From assembly GCA_043803405.1 (NCBI GenBank), contig JAZDKB010000044.1, positions 1 through 64,000 on the forward strand: a stretch of DNA of 64,000 bases, in the 5' to 3' direction. This stretch comes from Spirochaetota bacterium (GTDB taxonomy: Bacteria; Spirochaetota; UBA4802; JAFGDQ01). Positions 61,763 to 64,000 of the stretch are shown piece after piece (positions within the stretch are counted from its first letter, which is position 1; each line of letters opens with the position of its first letter). Made by a program: the position numbers and the translations under genes. The notes below the pieces were generated by a model. It was not told the DNA's origin, searched no databases, and saw nothing but the letters and a program-made list of their open reading frames with translations.

Positions 61763-63322
61763 ATGGATATTTTCGGTATTCCAATATTAACACTACTTAC
61801 ATTTTTCCCTGTAGCAGGAATTATCCTTCTGCTGTTTATTCCGGGTGCTAAATCAAATGCTCTGAAATTGGTTGCGAACATTGTTACAGCAATTGAATTT
61901 CTATTTACTCTATATCTATTAAAGGGATTTGATATATCAGCTGATGGTATGCAATTCATTGAAAGAGTAGATTGGATACCGCTCGCAAAAGTTCAATATC
62001 TTATGGGAATTGATGGCATTTCCCTTCTGCTAATACTACTTACCGGAATGTTGACATTTATAGCCACATTAAGCTCGTGGTCCGCTATTAAAGATAGAAT
62101 AAAAGAATATTACATATTTATGCTTTTACTGGAAGTAGGCATGATCGGTGTATTTGTATCGCTTGATATGATTCTTTTCTATGTATTCTGGGAAGTTATG
62201 CTTGTTCCAATGTACTTTCTTATCGGTGTGTGGGGCGGAGAGCGCAAACTTTATGCGGCTATAAAATTCTTCCTGTATACCTTGTTTGGATCAGTAATGA
62301 TGCTTGTTGCTATACTAGTACTATATTTTAACTATAATACATTTGATTTACTAAAAATGATGGAATCAGGGACATATCTGCCATACGTTGTTCAGTGCTG
62401 GGTATTCTTCGCATTCTTCCTTGGATTTGCAATCAAAGTTCCTATGTTTCCGTTCCACACATGGTTACCTGATGCACATGTTGAAGCACCGACAGCTGGT
62501 TCAGTTATACTTGCCGGCGTTTTACTAAAAATGGGTACATACGGTTTCGTTCGATTCTCTCTTAATTTATTTCCGGAAGCTTCTAGGACATTCGTGCCTT
62601 TAATAATTATACTTGCTCTTATATCTATCGTATATGGAGCATTAGTATCCCTGATGCAGAAAGATATGAAAAAATTGATTGCATACTCTTCAGTTTCGCA
62701 TATGGGATTTGTTATGCTTGGTTTATTTGCGTTTACGCCAATGGCCATTAAAGGTGCTATATTACAGATGATTAATCACGGTGTAAGCACAGGAGCACTC
62801 TTCCTTATAGTAGGTGTTATCTACGAAAGACGTCATACCAGATTAATTTCAGAGTTTGGCGGGCTTTCTTCTAAAATGCCTATTTATGCTGCAATATTTT
62901 TAATTATAACAATGTCCTCAATAGGATTGCCTGGTTTAAACGGTTTTATCGGTGAATTTATGATTCTAATGGGAGTCTTTACAGTAAACTGGGTATGGGC
63001 TGCAATTGCGGCATCTGGAATTATTCTTGGTGCAGGATATATGCTATGGATGTATCAAAGAGTTATGTTTGGTGTAAACGAGAACCCTGCTAACCAGAAT
63101 TTAAAGGATTTAAACCTACGCGAATGCTTTGTATTCCTTCCGTTGATTATAATGGCTTTCTGGATTGGTATATATCCGAAACCGTTTTTAAATATAATAG
63201 ACAAACCGGTTGAAAAAATAGTACGCGTAGTCAATCCCGATTATTATAAAAAAGAAGCGGTTGTCTTTAAAACCGATGATTCCAAGGCTCACCAGCCAGC
63301 TAAAAAGGCAGAGGTACATTGA
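61763..63322 (+). CDS. nuoM: Complex I subunit M
   Basis: PFHTWLPDAHVEAPT.GS. Confidence 0.95.
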   Translation: MDIFGIPILTLLTFFPVAGIILLLFIPGAKSNALKLVANIVTAIEFLFTLYLLKGFDISADGMQFIERVDWIPLAKVQYLMGIDGISLLLILLTGMLTFIATLSSWSAIKDRIKEYYIFMLLLEVGMIGVFVSLDMILFYVFWEVMLVPMYFLIGVWGGERKLYAAIKFFLYTLFGSVMMLVAILVLYFNYNTFDLLKMMESGTYLPYVVQCWVFFAFFLGFAIKVPMFPFHTWLPDAHVEAPTAGSVILAGVLLKMGTYGFVRFSLNLFPEASRTFVPLIIILALISIVYGALVSLMQKDMKKLIAYSSVSHMGFVMLGLFAFTPMAIKGAILQMINHGVSTGALFLIVGVIYERRHTRLISEFGGLSSKMPIYAAIFLIITMSSIGLPGLNGFIGEFMILMGVFTVNWVWAAIAASGIILGAGYMLWMYQRVMFGVNENPANQNLKDLNLRECFVFLPLIIMAFWIGIYPKPFLNIIDKPVEKIVRVVNPDYYKKEAVVFKTDDSKAHQPAKKAEVH

Positions 63323-64000
63323 TGGATTATTCTTTATACATTGCCCAACTTAAATTTATTGTTCCTGAACTTATAGTACTAGCATTTGCTCTTGTTGCCA
63401 TGTTAGCCCATTTGTTCATAAAGAGCAAAGGAAAAAGAATTGCCGGCATAATATCTATTTTAGGTTTGATTGCCGGAGCAGTAGCATTGCTAAAGACACC
63501 CATTACAAATGGCGAGATATACTCTGGAAATCTTGTAGTAGATCAATTCGCTTTCTATTTTAAAATAATATTTTTAATATCTGGATTACTTACAATAGTA
63601 TTGTCTTTTAAATTCTTTGATGTTGAAAAATCGGAGCCTGGAGAAGCATATTATCTGATTATGTTATCAGTAGTCGGGATGATGTTCGTTGTTTCTGCTG
63701 TTGATCTAATTACATTTTATATAGCATTTGAAACATTTGCACTTTCATCATACATATTAGCAGGCATCTTTAAAAAGGACAAAAGATCTTCTGAAGCGGG
63801 CATAAAATATTTTATTCTGGGGACCTTAAGCTCGGCTATTATGGTATTAGGTGTTGCCTTGCTGGTAGGAATTGCCGGAAGCACTAATTATGCTGAAATT
63901 TCAAAAATATTATCGTCAACCGCGACGTCAAAACTGGCCTTAACCGGAATGCTATTGTTGTTTTCAGGATTATTCTTTAAATTAGCATTAGTTCCTTTTC
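63322..64000 (+). CDS. nuoN: Complex I subunit N, truncated by the window end
   Basis: MDYSLYIAQ...PEL...SEAGIKYFILG...FKL..VPF. Confidence 0.9.
   Translation, partial: MDYSLYIAQLKFIVPELIVLAFALVAMLAHLFIKSKGKRIAGIISILGLIAGAVALLKTPITNGEIYSGNLVVDQFAFYFKIIFLISGLLTIVLSFKFFDVEKSEPGEAYYLIMLSVVGMMFVVSAVDLITFYIAFETFALSSYILAGIFKKDKRSSEAGIKYFILGTLSSAIMVLGVALLVGIAGSTNYAEISKILSSTATSKLALTGMLLLFSGLFFKLALVPF

Noticed and set aside
54851..64000. Group 4 NiFe hydrogenase
   Set aside because: The large subunit lacks both CxxC nickel-binding motifs
1..64000. tRNA or rRNA genes
   Set aside because: None recognised by eye; a tRNAscan-SE/Infernal run would be needed to exclude them

Overview
This window looks like a Leptospirales-related spirochaete genome (inferred from the MreB N-terminus, the LipL45/FecR-like lipoprotein and the lipobox style). 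0.3-19 kb is a minus-strand array of ten intact surface-lipoprotein genes plus one frameshifted copy. They share similar signal peptides (..F(T/S)ACGG) but carry unrelated adhesin-like passenger domains, and a LuxR gene and a YafQ toxin-antitoxin (TA) pair are interspersed. 19.7-25.9 kb is a divergent cluster: FecR lipoprotein, FN3/beta-barrel outer-membrane protein and three beta-propeller lipoproteins. 26-34 kb is a mobile and TA island (IS3 and IS66 remnants, an IS1182 inside a MITE, four TA-type modules separated by a CAGCAC-rich repeat). 34-64 kb is mostly core genes: DUF4105/DUF3015, an ECF sigma with a membrane partner, ispB-like, comF, queC, mreBCD-mrdA-rodA, eda, trpC, ferredoxin and an 11-subunit nuo operon lacking nuoEFG. 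The main observation is a bipartite motif, TGTGACGATT-N12-GAACT. It lies upstream of, and points towards, six lipoprotein transcription units and the FecR operon, and a one-mismatch copy lies directly upstream of the ECF sigma gene. The putative anti-sigma and the FecR lipoprotein also share a 44-aa C-terminal domain. Together these suggest an autoregulated ECF cell-surface-signalling system controlling a modular surface-lipoprotein array. All product calls come from reading motifs by eye; no database search was run.
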